A DNA stretch of 64,000 nucleotides from Candidatus Aminicenantes bacterium (lineage in GTDB: Bacteria; Acidobacteriota; Aminicenantia; Aminicenantales; UBA8522). The notes below the pieces were generated by a model. The model did no database searches. It worked only from the letters and a program-made list of their open reading frames with translations, and was not told where the DNA came from. The stretch spans positions 283,540-347,539 of the forward strand of contig CAVSCD010000011.1 of assembly GCA_963726335.1 (NCBI GenBank), read 5' to 3'. Shown one piece after another: positions 40,278 to 49,920 of the stretch (position 1 is the stretch's first letter; the number at the start of each line of letters is the position of its first letter). The position numbers and the translations under genes are program-made.

Positions 40278-41255
40278 ATGCGCGTGAAGACAGAGAAGAG
40301 CCCGGGGGGGCTCGGCCCGGCCGGCCGGCCGGCTGCACCCGCCGCCCCCTTCGACCCGCTCCTGGTCCTGATCGTGTCGATCTGGGCCCTCAACATTTCC
40401 CTGGTCAAGATCGCCCTGGTCGATTTCCCGCCCGTGGCCTTCAACCTCCTGCGCCTGACCATCGCGGCGGCGATCCTCGTGGGTGTCCTCCTGGCAACGG
40501 AAAAGAACATCCGGATCGCCCGGAAGGACCTGCCCAAGGTCCTGCTCCTGTCCTTCACCGGTTATGCGGTCTCCCAGACCCTCGTCATCCTGGGGATAGG
40601 GCTGACCTCCGCCACGAACGTCGCCGTCCTCACCGGCATATCGCCGATCCTCATCTCGCTCCTGTCCTCGTTCTTCAAGCATGAGCGGATCTCCCGGCTC
40701 GGCTGGCTCGGCGTCGCACTCGGATTCACGGGAGCCTATATCGTCATCAGCAACCGGTCCGGAGGCTTCCGGTTCTCGGAGCAGACGTTCCAGGGAGACC
40801 TCCTGGTTTTCCTGGCGATCGCCCTCTGGGCGCACTTTTCGGTGTCGGCGAGGCCGCTGGTGAAGATCTACTCGCCGCTCAAATTCAGCGCGGTGACGAT
40901 CTCCCTGGGCCTACTCTTCTCTCTCCCTTATTCCCTCCCCTCTCTGAGGGCGGTCCCGGCGGCCGGGATCTCGGTCCGGTCCTGGTTGATCGTGGTTTTC
41001 GCCGGCGTCGTTCCGATGGCCCTGGGGCTGTTGATCTGGTTCAACTCGGTGAAGCGGGTCGGGAACTCGCAGACGGCCGTCTATTCCAACCTGCAGCCGG
41101 TCCTGGCCATCGTCTTCGCGCACCTCCTCCTGGGCGATTCGGTGGGCGGCGGGCTGGCGGCCGGCGCCGCGCTCGTCGTCCTGGGGATCTTCCTCACGCG
41201 GCGCGGACGCACGGCCCTGCCGGAGCCGGCCCAGGCGTCGGCGGACAGCCCTTAG
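40278..41255 (+). CDS. DMT/EamA transporter
   Basis: About 10 TMs; FNLLR, GDLL, NLQPV. Confidence 0.9.
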   Translation: MRVKTEKSPGGLGPAGRPAAPAAPFDPLLVLIVSIWALNISLVKIALVDFPPVAFNLLRLTIAAAILVGVLLATEKNIRIARKDLPKVLLLSFTGYAVSQTLVILGIGLTSATNVAVLTGISPILISLLSSFFKHERISRLGWLGVALGFTGAYIVISNRSGGFRFSEQTFQGDLLVFLAIALWAHFSVSARPLVKIYSPLKFSAVTISLGLLFSLPYSLPSLRAVPAAGISVRSWLIVVFAGVVPMALGLLIWFNSVKRVGNSQTAVYSNLQPVLAIVFAHLLLGDSVGGGLAAGAALVVLGIFLTRRGRTALPEPAQASADSP

Positions 41256-41362
41256 GCGGGCGCGGCACGGCCCTCGAGCCCGCCCCAGGCCTTGAGATGG
41301 CTGGCCCGGCTGTCTTGCGCAAAATGGCCGCGATACGCTAATCTAGTCCTCTGAGCCGACCC

Positions 41363-42547
41363 ATGGAGACAGCCGCATCGAGCTTCCCGGAAAAAAGCCT
41401 CTGGCAGACGCTCCTCGCCTATTCCCTGGCCGCGGGCATCCTGTTTATCCTCGTTTCCATTTCGCTCATGGAGAGCTTCCTCGGGGTGGCGCTCGTATTC
41501 TGGCTGATCGTGCTGGCTAAAGAAAAGACACGCCCCGTGTTCCCCGCCTTCTTCTGGCCGCTCCTCGTCTTCGCCGGGCTCACGCTCCTTGCCAGCGCCT
41601 TCTCCGTCAACCCGGAGGTGAGCTTCGTCAATTCCCGGAAGCTCCTCCTCTTCCTTGTCGTCCCGGTCGTCATGACCGCCGCGGCCACCGCCTCGTCCCG
41701 GGTTCGGACGAGCCGGGCCCTGCTTGTCTCGGGGTTCATCAGCGCCGCCTATGCCATCGCCTATTTCGTCGTCAAGGCCCAGCCCGGCGAGCGGATCCAG
41801 GGGTTCATGGGCCACCCCATGACCCAGGGCGGGCTTCTCCTGCTGTTCCTGTGCGCGGCCATGAGCTTTGTCCTCTTCCTCCGCGACAGGGCGCGCTGGC
41901 CGTGGGCGGCGGCTTTCGTCCTGGCGACGTTCTGCCTCGCCCTGACTTATACCCGGAGCGCCTGGGTCGGGTTCGTTCTCGCCATGACACTCATGCTCTT
42001 CCTCTATAGGCCGGCAGGCCTTATCCTCGTGCCGGTCGTCGTCGGGCTGTTCGCGGTGGCGGCGCCGCCCCCCATGAAGGCCAGGGCGTGGAGCATCTTC
42101 AGCCTCGACAGCTACGGCAACAGGCTGAGGTTCGAGTACATGGGGGCCGGGCTGAAGATCATCCGGGACTTCCCTCTCCACGGCACCGGCCCCGACACCG
42201 TCGACATGGTCTTCCAGGACCCGAAGTATGGGCTGTCTTCGGAGGCCCGGCGGAATGTCCACCTGCACAACAACATCATCCAGATCGCCGCCGAGCGGGG
42301 GATCCCGGCGCTCCTGGCCTGGCTGGCGTTCGTCGGCTGGGCTGGCGCGTCGCTGGCCGGACTCCTGAAAACCCGCGATCCGTCGGTCTTCCCTTTTGCC
42401 GCGGCCGGGACGGCGGCGCTGCTGGCGTTTTTCGCCGCGGGCCTGTTTGAATACAACTTCGGGGATTCGGAGGTGATCGTCCTCCTCCTCTATCTTATGA
42501 CGCTCCCGTTCGCCGCCCGCGCCAAGGCCGAGGCCGGGCCCTCATGA
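41363..42547 (+). CDS. O-antigen ligase (WaaL)-family protein
   Basis: LTYTRSAW, R...GTGP, HLHNNIIQIAAERG. Confidence 0.88.
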   Translation: METAASSFPEKSLWQTLLAYSLAAGILFILVSISLMESFLGVALVFWLIVLAKEKTRPVFPAFFWPLLVFAGLTLLASAFSVNPEVSFVNSRKLLLFLVVPVVMTAAATASSRVRTSRALLVSGFISAAYAIAYFVVKAQPGERIQGFMGHPMTQGGLLLLFLCAAMSFVLFLRDRARWPWAAAFVLATFCLALTYTRSAWVGFVLAMTLMLFLYRPAGLILVPVVVGLFAVAAPPPMKARAWSIFSLDSYGNRLRFEYMGAGLKIIRDFPLHGTGPDTVDMVFQDPKYGLSSEARRNVHLHNNIIQIAAERGIPALLAWLAFVGWAGASLAGLLKTRDPSVFPFAAAGTAALLAFFAAGLFEYNFGDSEVIVLLLYLMTLPFAARAKAEAGPS

Positions 42548-43698
42548 CGACCCGGCCGCGCGGCCGTCGGCTCCGGGTCGCGCTCCTCATTCTGTTTGCG
42601 GCGTACGCGGCGTGGCTGGCCGTCAGCGTCGCGCGTTTCAGCCCGCCGCGGGCGGAACCCCGAGAGGCCGGGCACACCGGCGGGCCGCCGTATGAGGTTG
42701 TGGGCGTCTATCACGTTCATTCGGAGTTTTCGGACGGCCGAGCCACCCCCGATGAGATCGCGGCGGTCGCCGCCCGCCGGAAGCTCGACTTCGTCATCCT
42801 GGCCGACCACGGGAATCCCAACCGGGCGTCGCTCGAAAGCCAAGGCCGGAGAGAGGGCGTTCTGGTCCTCGCCGGAAGCGAGCTTTCGGTGAGCCGCGGG
42901 CATCTCGTAGCCCTGGATTTTGCGCCGCCCGAGCGGCCGTTCGCTCAGAATGCCGAACAGGCTGTCCTCGAAGTCGCGGCCCGGGGCGGTTTTTCGATCG
43001 TCGCTCACCCGTATTCCAAGACGTCCTGGACATGGGGAGATGAAGCGGGCTTTTCGGGGATCGAGATCGCCGACAGCGACACCATGATCCGGAGGAACGT
43101 CCTTCGCTTTTTGCCATACATCCCGGCGCTGGCTCTCAAGCCGGCGCTGCCGATGCTCAGAGCACTCAGCCGGCCCGTCGAGACTCTGAGAAAATGGGAC
43201 AGCCTGGCGGCCCGGCAACCCGTTTTCGGATACTTGAGCGCGGACGCGCATTTCTTTTACGGGGCCGTCTTCGGCTGTTTCGGGCTGCACGCCCTCCTCG
43301 AGGAGCCGCCGGCGCGGGATTTCGAGGAGGCCAGGGCGCAGGTCTTCGGCGCGCTGCGCCGGGGCCGGTTTTACGGCGCGGTCGACGGCGCCGCTCCGGC
43401 GGGCGGCTTCGAGTTTTCGGCCGAAGCCGGCGGCGAGCGGTTCCCCATGGGCGGCCGCGTCCCGTGGAACGGCGGGTCGGCCGTCCAGCTTGTCGTTCGC
43501 GCGCCGTTCCCCTTTGAGATCGCCATCCGGCTGCTGCGGGACGGGCGGATCATCGCGGAAGGGAAGGGCCCGGGGCTGACCTTCGCGGCGGACGGGCCGG
43601 GCGTCTACCGGGCAGAGGTCTATCTCAGGACCCGGTCCCCCCTGGCCGACGATTTCCCCTGGATCGTTTCGAACCCGATATTTCTCGAGCGGAGTTGA
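42544..43698 (+). CDS. PHP-family metallohydrolase, membrane-anchored
   Basis: HVHSEFSDG, ADHG, GSE, AHP, DAH, C-terminal WIVSNPI. Confidence 0.82.
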   Translation: MTTRPRGRRLRVALLILFAAYAAWLAVSVARFSPPRAEPREAGHTGGPPYEVVGVYHVHSEFSDGRATPDEIAAVAARRKLDFVILADHGNPNRASLESQGRREGVLVLAGSELSVSRGHLVALDFAPPERPFAQNAEQAVLEVAARGGFSIVAHPYSKTSWTWGDEAGFSGIEIADSDTMIRRNVLRFLPYIPALALKPALPMLRALSRPVETLRKWDSLAARQPVFGYLSADAHFFYGAVFGCFGLHALLEEPPARDFEEARAQVFGALRRGRFYGAVDGAAPAGGFEFSAEAGGERFPMGGRVPWNGGSAVQLVVRAPFPFEIAIRLLRDGRIIAEGKGPGLTFAADGPGVYRAEVYLRTRSPLADDFPWIVSNPIFLERS

Positions 43699-43700
43699 CC

Positions 43701-44672
43701 ATGAAAGAAACGGACACCGACCGGGCGGCGCTCGGCAGGATCATCCGGCGGTTCGGCAGGAAGCGGGTGCTCGTCCTCGGAGACCTGATGCTGGATCGCT
43801 ATATTTGGGGGGACGTGTCGCGCATCTCGCCGGAGGCGCCGGTGCCGGTCGTCGAGGTCAGGTCGGATTCCCTCCAGCTCGGGGGAGCGGGGAACGTGGC
43901 CCACAACCTCGCCAGCCTGGGCGCGGCGCCGCTGCTCGCGGGGGTCGTCGGGGACGACGCCGAAGGCCGTTGGATAAAAAGCCGGATGCCGGCGAAAAAC
44001 AGGGGTATCCTCGTCGACAGGCGGCGGCCGACCATCGTCAAGACGCGGATCGTCGCTCATCACCAGCAGATCGCCAGGGTCGACCTGGAGCGGAAAGGCG
44101 CCCTGTCCGAGGGGCTCATCGCGTCCCTCGCGAAGTTCGTCGGGGAAGCCGACTACGACGGGCTTCTCATTTCGGATTACAACAAGGGGATCGTCAATCC
44201 CGGCCTCATGGCCGGCGTCCTGGCCGCGGCCGGGGAACGGAAAGCGCCCGTTTTCGTGGACCCCAAAGTCGAAAACTTCAGGTTGTTTTCGCCCGTGACG
44301 CTCATCACGCCGAACCATTTTGAGGCCGAAAAGGTCGTCGGCCACCCGTGCCGGACGGACGCCGAGGTCGAGCGGGCGGGGGCCGAGATCATGGCGCTGA
44401 TCAGCTGCCGGTACCTCATCATCAAGCGCGGCGAACAGGGGATGACGGTGTTCCAGCAGAATAAAAAGCCCATTCACATCCCGACCGTGGCCCGGGAGGT
44501 CTTCGACGTCACGGGAGCGGGGGATACGGTCATCGCGGCGGCGGCACTGGCGCTGCTCGCGGGGGGGACGATCGAGCAGGCGGCGACCATCGCCACGGCC
44601 GCGGCCGGGATCGTCGTGGGCAAGATCGGCACCGCCACCGTCACGCCCGAAGAGATCCTGGCCGCCCTTTAA
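43701..44672 (+). CDS. rfaE1: Heptose-7-phosphate kinase (stand-alone RfaE1/HldA)
   Basis: GDLMLDRY, RISPEAPVPVV, SDYNKG, TPN, DVTGAGDT. Confidence 0.92.
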   Translation: MKETDTDRAALGRIIRRFGRKRVLVLGDLMLDRYIWGDVSRISPEAPVPVVEVRSDSLQLGGAGNVAHNLASLGAAPLLAGVVGDDAEGRWIKSRMPAKNRGILVDRRRPTIVKTRIVAHHQQIARVDLERKGALSEGLIASLAKFVGEADYDGLLISDYNKGIVNPGLMAGVLAAAGERKAPVFVDPKVENFRLFSPVTLITPNHFEAEKVVGHPCRTDAEVERAGAEIMALISCRYLIIKRGEQGMTVFQQNKKPIHIPTVAREVFDVTGAGDTVIAAAALALLAGGTIEQAATIATAAAGIVVGKIGTATVTPEEILAAL

Positions 44673-44707
44673 CGGGGACGTCCACCGCCGGCCGGGGCCG
44701 CGGCCGA

Positions 44708-44736
44708 TTGAGAAATCGGGCCGCACCATCTATAAT
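44708..44736 (+). promoter_or_regulatory. Sigma70 promoter for purF
   Basis: TTGAGA-17 bp-TATAAT, 10 bp upstream of the ATG. Confidence 0.6.
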
Positions 44737-44746
44737 GAGATTCCCA

Positions 44747-46216
44747 ATGTGCGGCGTAATCGGCCTGTTCACCAACTCGGATGTCTTCCGCGACTTATAC
44801 CAGGGCCTGCTGGCCGTCCAGCACCGCGGCCAGGACGCGGCCGGCATCATCACCTACAGCGGCCGCTTCCATACCGTAAAGGGGAACGGCCTCGTCCAGG
44901 ACATCTTCACCCCGGAAGATGCGCAGCGCCTCAAAGGCCACATCGGCGTCGGGCAGACCCGCTACCCGACGATCGGCGGCGGCCGCGGCGAGGACGCCCA
45001 GCCTTTTCTGATCAACTCGCCGTTCGGCATCATCATGGCCCATAACGGCAACATCATCAATTACCGGGAGCTCAAGAAGGAGCTGTTCGAGAAACACCAC
45101 CGGCTGCTCAACTCCGACAACGACGTCGAGGCCATGCTCAACGTCTTCGCCCAGGAGCTGGCCGCCCAGCGCATCCGGCAGGTCACCCCGGAGAACATCT
45201 TCAAGGCCGTGGACGGCTTATACAAGACCGTCAAGGGAGGCTATTCCGTCATCGCCTACATCGCGGAGCAGGGCATGGTGGCCTTCCGGGACCCCTACGG
45301 CATCAAGCCGCTGGTCTTCGGCATCCGGAATGACGGCGTCAAGCCCTCCTACGCCTTCGCTTCCGAGAGCGTCTCCCTCAACCTGATGGGGTTCAGCCAG
45401 ATCGAAAACGTCAGCGCCGGGGAGGCTGTCTTCCTCGACCGGAACCGGGTCCTCCACCGCCGGCAGATCGCCCGCTGCCCGCACTCACCCTGTCTCTTCG
45501 AGTGGGTCTATTTCGCCCGGCCCGACTCGTTCATCGACAACGTCAACGTCTATAGCTGCCGGGTCGAGCTGGGCCGTCTCCTGGCCGGCGAAATCAAGAA
45601 GCAGAAGCTCAAGATCGATGTCGTCGTCCCCATCCCCGATTCGGCGCGCGACGCGGCCATCGAGATCGCCCGGGCCCTGGACCTCAAGTACCGCGAGGCC
45701 CTGGTCAAGAACCGCTACATCGGGCGGACCTTCATCATGCCGGGCGAGGGCAAGCGCCGCGCCTCGGTCCGGCAGAAGCTCAACCCGATCGCCTCCGAGT
45801 TCAAGGGCCGGAACGTCCTGCTCGTCGACGACAGCATCGTCCGGGGCAACACCTCCCGGGCGATCGTCCGGATCGTCCGCGAGTGCGGCGCCGCCAAGGT
45901 TTACTTCGCCTCGTATTCGCCGCCGCTTCGCTATCCCTGCGTCTACGGCATCGACATGCAGACCCACGATGAGTTCGTCGCCCGGGGCGCCGACCCCGAC
46001 GAGGTCGCCCGGCGGATCGGCGCGGACAAGGTCATCTACCAGACCCTGGCCAACCTGAAAAAGGCGGTCCGGCTGGGGAACAAGAAGATCACCCGCTTCT
46101 GCGCCGCCTGCTTCGACGGCATCTATCCCACGGGCGATGTCACCCCCGAGCTTCTCAAGCGCATCGAGGACGAGAGGCAGACGGTCCACGACCGCCAGCT
46201 CGAGCTGAATATTTAG
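44747..46216 (+). CDS. purF: Amidophosphoribosyltransferase
   Basis: MCG N-terminus, QHRGQDAAG, FEWVYFARPDS, VDDSIVRGNT, YGIDM. Confidence 0.97.
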   Translation: MCGVIGLFTNSDVFRDLYQGLLAVQHRGQDAAGIITYSGRFHTVKGNGLVQDIFTPEDAQRLKGHIGVGQTRYPTIGGGRGEDAQPFLINSPFGIIMAHNGNIINYRELKKELFEKHHRLLNSDNDVEAMLNVFAQELAAQRIRQVTPENIFKAVDGLYKTVKGGYSVIAYIAEQGMVAFRDPYGIKPLVFGIRNDGVKPSYAFASESVSLNLMGFSQIENVSAGEAVFLDRNRVLHRRQIARCPHSPCLFEWVYFARPDSFIDNVNVYSCRVELGRLLAGEIKKQKLKIDVVVPIPDSARDAAIEIARALDLKYREALVKNRYIGRTFIMPGEGKRRASVRQKLNPIASEFKGRNVLLVDDSIVRGNTSRAIVRIVRECGAAKVYFASYSPPLRYPCVYGIDMQTHDEFVARGADPDEVARRIGADKVIYQTLANLKKAVRLGNKKITRFCAACFDGIYPTGDVTPELLKRIEDERQTVHDRQLELNI

Positions 46217-46259
46217 CCGATCGGTCGGGAGGACGCTTCCGGGGAAGGGGAACGTCCAG

Positions 46260-47201
46260 TCAGGGATGGGCCCGCCAGTAGTCCAGGAGGTCCCGGAGCG
46301 TCTGCTCCATGGGGATCCTCGGCTCCCAGCCCGTGGCCCGGCGGATTTTGCCGTTGTCTCCCGACAGATACGAGATATCCGCCGGCCTCATCTTCCCGGG
46401 GTCCTGCTCGACGTCAATGACCCGGGTGGAATGCGACAGCAGGACGTCGAGGATCCGCCGTAATGACAGGGCCTCGCCCCGGCAGATGTTGTAGACCTCT
46501 CCCCGCTCCCCTTTTTTCAGGAGAAGCGTATAAGCCAGGACGACGTCCCGGACGTCGGTGAAGTCCCTCCGGACGTCGACGTTCCCCACCTTGAGGACGG
46601 ACTCCTGGGCGCCCCGCTCGATCCGGATGATCTGTCTCGCCCAGTCCGAGCAGACGAAATCCGGCGTCTGACCCGGCCCGGTGTGCGGGAAGGGACGGGC
46701 GATGACGATGTCCAGCCCGTCGACCCGGCCGTAGAACCCGCCCAGCAGCTCGCCCTCGAGCTTGGAAAGGCCGTAAGGATTGTCGAGGCGGAAAGGCTCA
46801 CTCTCGGCGAGCGGCCGCTCGCCGCCGCCTCCCGAAGTGACATCTCCGTAAACGTCCGCGGAGCTGACGAACAGAAACCTCGCCCCCGCCGCGTACTTCT
46901 TGACCGCCTCCAGGAGATAAAACGTGCCCATGACGTTCGTCTCCATCGTCTCTTTTCTCCGGTCCCAGGATTGCCGGACGTTGGAGACGGCGGCCAGATG
47001 GATAACCCATTGCGGCTGGACGGTCCTCACGGCATCGTAGACATCCCGCTCCGATCGGAGGTCCAGGAAAAAGACGCTCTTTTCCGGTCCGCGCGGCGGC
47101 AGCGGAAAACACGTCCCGAAGACCGTGTACTTCGGCGGCGGCAGCGCCGCCGCCAGGTGCCGGCCCGCGAACCCCGTGGCGCCGGTGATCAGGACTTTCA
47201 T
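46260..47201 (-). CDS. GDP-sugar dehydratase/reductase (Rmd-like SDR)
   Basis: LITGATGFAG, HLAA, YGLSK, RPFPHTGPGQ, RDFTDVRDVV. Confidence 0.88.
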   Translation of the reverse strand: MKVLITGATGFAGRHLAAALPPPKYTVFGTCFPLPPRGPEKSVFFLDLRSERDVYDAVRTVQPQWVIHLAAVSNVRQSWDRRKETMETNVMGTFYLLEAVKKYAAGARFLFVSSADVYGDVTSGGGGERPLAESEPFRLDNPYGLSKLEGELLGGFYGRVDGLDIVIARPFPHTGPGQTPDFVCSDWARQIIRIERGAQESVLKVGNVDVRRDFTDVRDVVLAYTLLLKKGERGEVYNICRGEALSLRRILDVLLSHSTRVIDVEQDPGKMRPADISYLSGDNGKIRRATGWEPRIPMEQTLRDLLDYWRAHP

Positions 47202-49858
47202 CTGCTCCGCGCTTTCGTGGCCCCTTCAAGGTCTTTGATGAGGCCCCGGTAATCTCCGAGAAGGGACTCCAGCTTGGACTTGAGCTCGGCCTTGAGCACT
47301 TCGTTTTCGATGGACGCCAGCCGGGCATAGCTCTCGTTCAGCTGGCTGATGGCCCGCTCGGCCCGGTCCGTGAGCGACTTGTCCAGGACAAACGGCCCAA
47401 CGCCGGACCGGTGCTCCCGGCCGTTCCTGATCGCGGCCCAGATGGCAACGAGGGCGTAGTACCGGTCATTGAAGGCCAGGAGATTCCTGGCGCCGTCTTT
47501 CCCGAAGGAAGCCGTCAGCGCCTTGAACAGCGCAAAGTCCGGCTGGTAGGCCTCGAGATTCCAGGTGAAATCAGCGAAAGTTAAATATTGGATCCGGCTG
47601 AGCTGGCCGCCGCTTCCCAGGTTGGAATAATAGTGGCCGTCCAGGTGATCGGCGAAATCCTCGGGATAGGTCACATCATGAGGCTCGAACAGATTGCACA
47701 TGACGGCCTTGCCGGGATAAAGGGCCGGGTATCCGCCATAGCGGCTCGCGCTATGGCGGGCATAAGGGGTGTTGTCCCAGATCATGGGCCGGCGCCCGAT
47801 GTGCGACGTATAACGGCGGATATCCGCGTGGTCATAGGCCAGGGAGCGCACGGTGTTGCCCGTCCAGACGATCGCCACCCGCGGCGACAGGTGTCTGGAG
47901 AGGTCCCGGAAGAACGCCTCGGCGCTGCCCCGGCTGCGATCGATGAACTGGTTCAAGTACGGAGCGGGACAGAACTCCAGGCGCGTGCCCGGGTAGTCCG
48001 TGTCCAGCCAGCCCAGGAGTTCGGAGAGAAGATACGTCTGGGCCTGCGCCAGGTTGGTAAACCGTTCCTTGTCCAGGTCGGTAAACAGCGTATATTCGCC
48101 GAGCGTCGTTCCGGCATGGGGGACGAAGTCGTCGGCGCACAGCATCAGGGTCCGGGCGCCGTTATCCAGCCCCAGGCGGAACACCTTTTTGATCTTCTCC
48201 AGGCTTTTCGGGTCGGCGTGCGAGAACAGGCCCCGGGCCGCGTCGGGGAGCGTTTCCTCCTGGGCCTCGTACTCGAAATGATAATAGGGATTGAGCATGA
48301 CCGCGGTCTGCACGGCCCCGCCGTATTTCCGGGCCGCCCGGCCCAGCGCGGCATGGAATTCTTCGAAATATCTCCCCGGCTCCCACCAGGTCGTTGGCAG
48401 CGCTCCGTAATTATTATAGAACTTATTCAGCTTGTAGAACGCATACTCATCCAGGACGGCGGCTTCGTCGTTGATCCGGGAAAACAGCCCGGCGATCCTC
48501 GTGTCCTTTTCCTCCCTGGCCAACGCCGCGTCGCTGTTGATGGCCAGCTCATTCTGGAAAGCGCTCAGCACGGCCGACCGGCCCTCGAGGCTCGGAGAGT
48601 CCGTGATCTCGGCGAACCGGATGACCGCCGTCTCCGGGTCGAAAAGCTGCACGAAAGTGGCGGCGGCATAAAAGGTGCCGGCGGGTGACCCACCGGCTAG
48701 GAAGATGACATCGTCGGCCCTCCGGATGACATAGCCCTGTTCATGACCGGCCAGGCCCGACAGGTCCAGCCGGCCGCGGTACTTGTCCAGCAGGCCGGTC
48801 TGCCCGATGGAAATGACCACGGCGTCGGCCGGCAGCCGATCAGGCGTCATACGGACCTCGGCCGCGTCCAGCCCGAAACGCTCCTTCAGCCGTCCGGCGA
48901 CGAGGTCCCTGGCCGTGAGCTCGGCCGCCGCCGGGCTGGGCGGCATGGTCAGGAAGACCGTCTTTCCGGCCAGGTCGATATCCGACCGCGCGCCGATCGT
49001 CCGGGGTGTCGGGATGACCAGTTCGGCCCGGTGGCAGGCCTTGTCGAAGAACAGCTCGACCCGTTCCAGCGGGGTGAAATTCCATCGGGAATAGGAGAAA
49101 TTGACGTTATCGACCCACATCGTGCCGCTTCCCTTCAAGCCCAGGGAGATCCGGATGAAGAAGCAGCCGTCGGGCAGGTCGCCCTCCGAGAACGGATAGT
49201 TCAGGGTCCGGGCGTTCACCCGTCCCCAGGGGAACTCCTCGATATCGTAGAAGTTCGAGAAGGCGAAGCCCTTGAAGCTGTTGTCGACGTCCTGGCCGAT
49301 ATATTCATAGTAAACGCCGTTGCCCAGCCGCCTCTTGTCCCGATCATAGAATTCCAGGCGGAAATCGATGTCCCGGCCGAGACGGGCGTTGAGCCGGGGA
49401 ACGGAGGGCGCGACCTTCTCCAGCCGGACATCCAATGAAAAATCATAATTGCCGGGGATCACCTCGATAAAATCGCTCCTGACTCCCGAGGGCTCGTTGT
49501 CGACCTCCCGGACATCAGCGGGGGTCCGGGTGATCTTGACAGCGCGTTGATCGTGGGAGGCCCCCCGGGAACCGTCGGCGCCCCCCCCGGTCGTTGACCA
49601 CTCGACATGACCGCCGATAACATCCCAGCCGTCCAGTTCAAAACCCGTGGCTGCGCCGCTCGCCGGCCGCTCCCGGCCTTTTTCAAAAGAAAAATTGGGG
49701 ACGAGATTGCCCTTGGCGAATTCCGCCCGGCGGACTTCCCGCGGGACGCTCAGGGTCTCGAAGGCCGACCACTGCGCGCGCTCAGGGTATTGGGCCTGCT
49801 TCCGGCAGGCGATCAGGCTGCACATCATCAAGAAAGAAAGGATGAATCGAGTCGCCAT
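47198..49858 (-). CDS. Lipoprotein: CBM-like domain + GH20 domain 2 + GH84 beta-N-acetylglucosaminidase-like domain
   Basis: Lipobox LIAC; NLVPNFSFE; VIPTP...EQGY...GTFYA..T..QL...ITDSP; ADDF, FCPAPY, VWTG, IWDN. Confidence 0.78.
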   Translation of the reverse strand: MATRFILSFLMMCSLIACRKQAQYPERAQWSAFETLSVPREVRRAEFAKGNLVPNFSFEKGRERPASGAATGFELDGWDVIGGHVEWSTTGGGADGSRGASHDQRAVKITRTPADVREVDNEPSGVRSDFIEVIPGNYDFSLDVRLEKVAPSVPRLNARLGRDIDFRLEFYDRDKRRLGNGVYYEYIGQDVDNSFKGFAFSNFYDIEEFPWGRVNARTLNYPFSEGDLPDGCFFIRISLGLKGSGTMWVDNVNFSYSRWNFTPLERVELFFDKACHRAELVIPTPRTIGARSDIDLAGKTVFLTMPPSPAAAELTARDLVAGRLKERFGLDAAEVRMTPDRLPADAVVISIGQTGLLDKYRGRLDLSGLAGHEQGYVIRRADDVIFLAGGSPAGTFYAAATFVQLFDPETAVIRFAEITDSPSLEGRSAVLSAFQNELAINSDAALAREEKDTRIAGLFSRINDEAAVLDEYAFYKLNKFYNNYGALPTTWWEPGRYFEEFHAALGRAARKYGGAVQTAVMLNPYYHFEYEAQEETLPDAARGLFSHADPKSLEKIKKVFRLGLDNGARTLMLCADDFVPHAGTTLGEYTLFTDLDKERFTNLAQAQTYLLSELLGWLDTDYPGTRLEFCPAPYLNQFIDRSRGSAEAFFRDLSRHLSPRVAIVWTGNTVRSLAYDHADIRRYTSHIGRRPMIWDNTPYARHSASRYGGYPALYPGKAVMCNLFEPHDVTYPEDFADHLDGHYYSNLGSGGQLSRIQYLTFADFTWNLEAYQPDFALFKALTASFGKDGARNLLAFNDRYYALVAIWAAIRNGREHRSGVGPFVLDKSLTDRAERAISQLNESYARLASIENEVLKAELKSKLESLLGDYRGLIKDLEGATKARSR

Positions 49859-49920
49859 ATCGGTGTTTCCTTTTTCCGGAGGCGCCGGGCGGCTTCGGGG
49901 GGCAACCACCTCGGAAAGCC

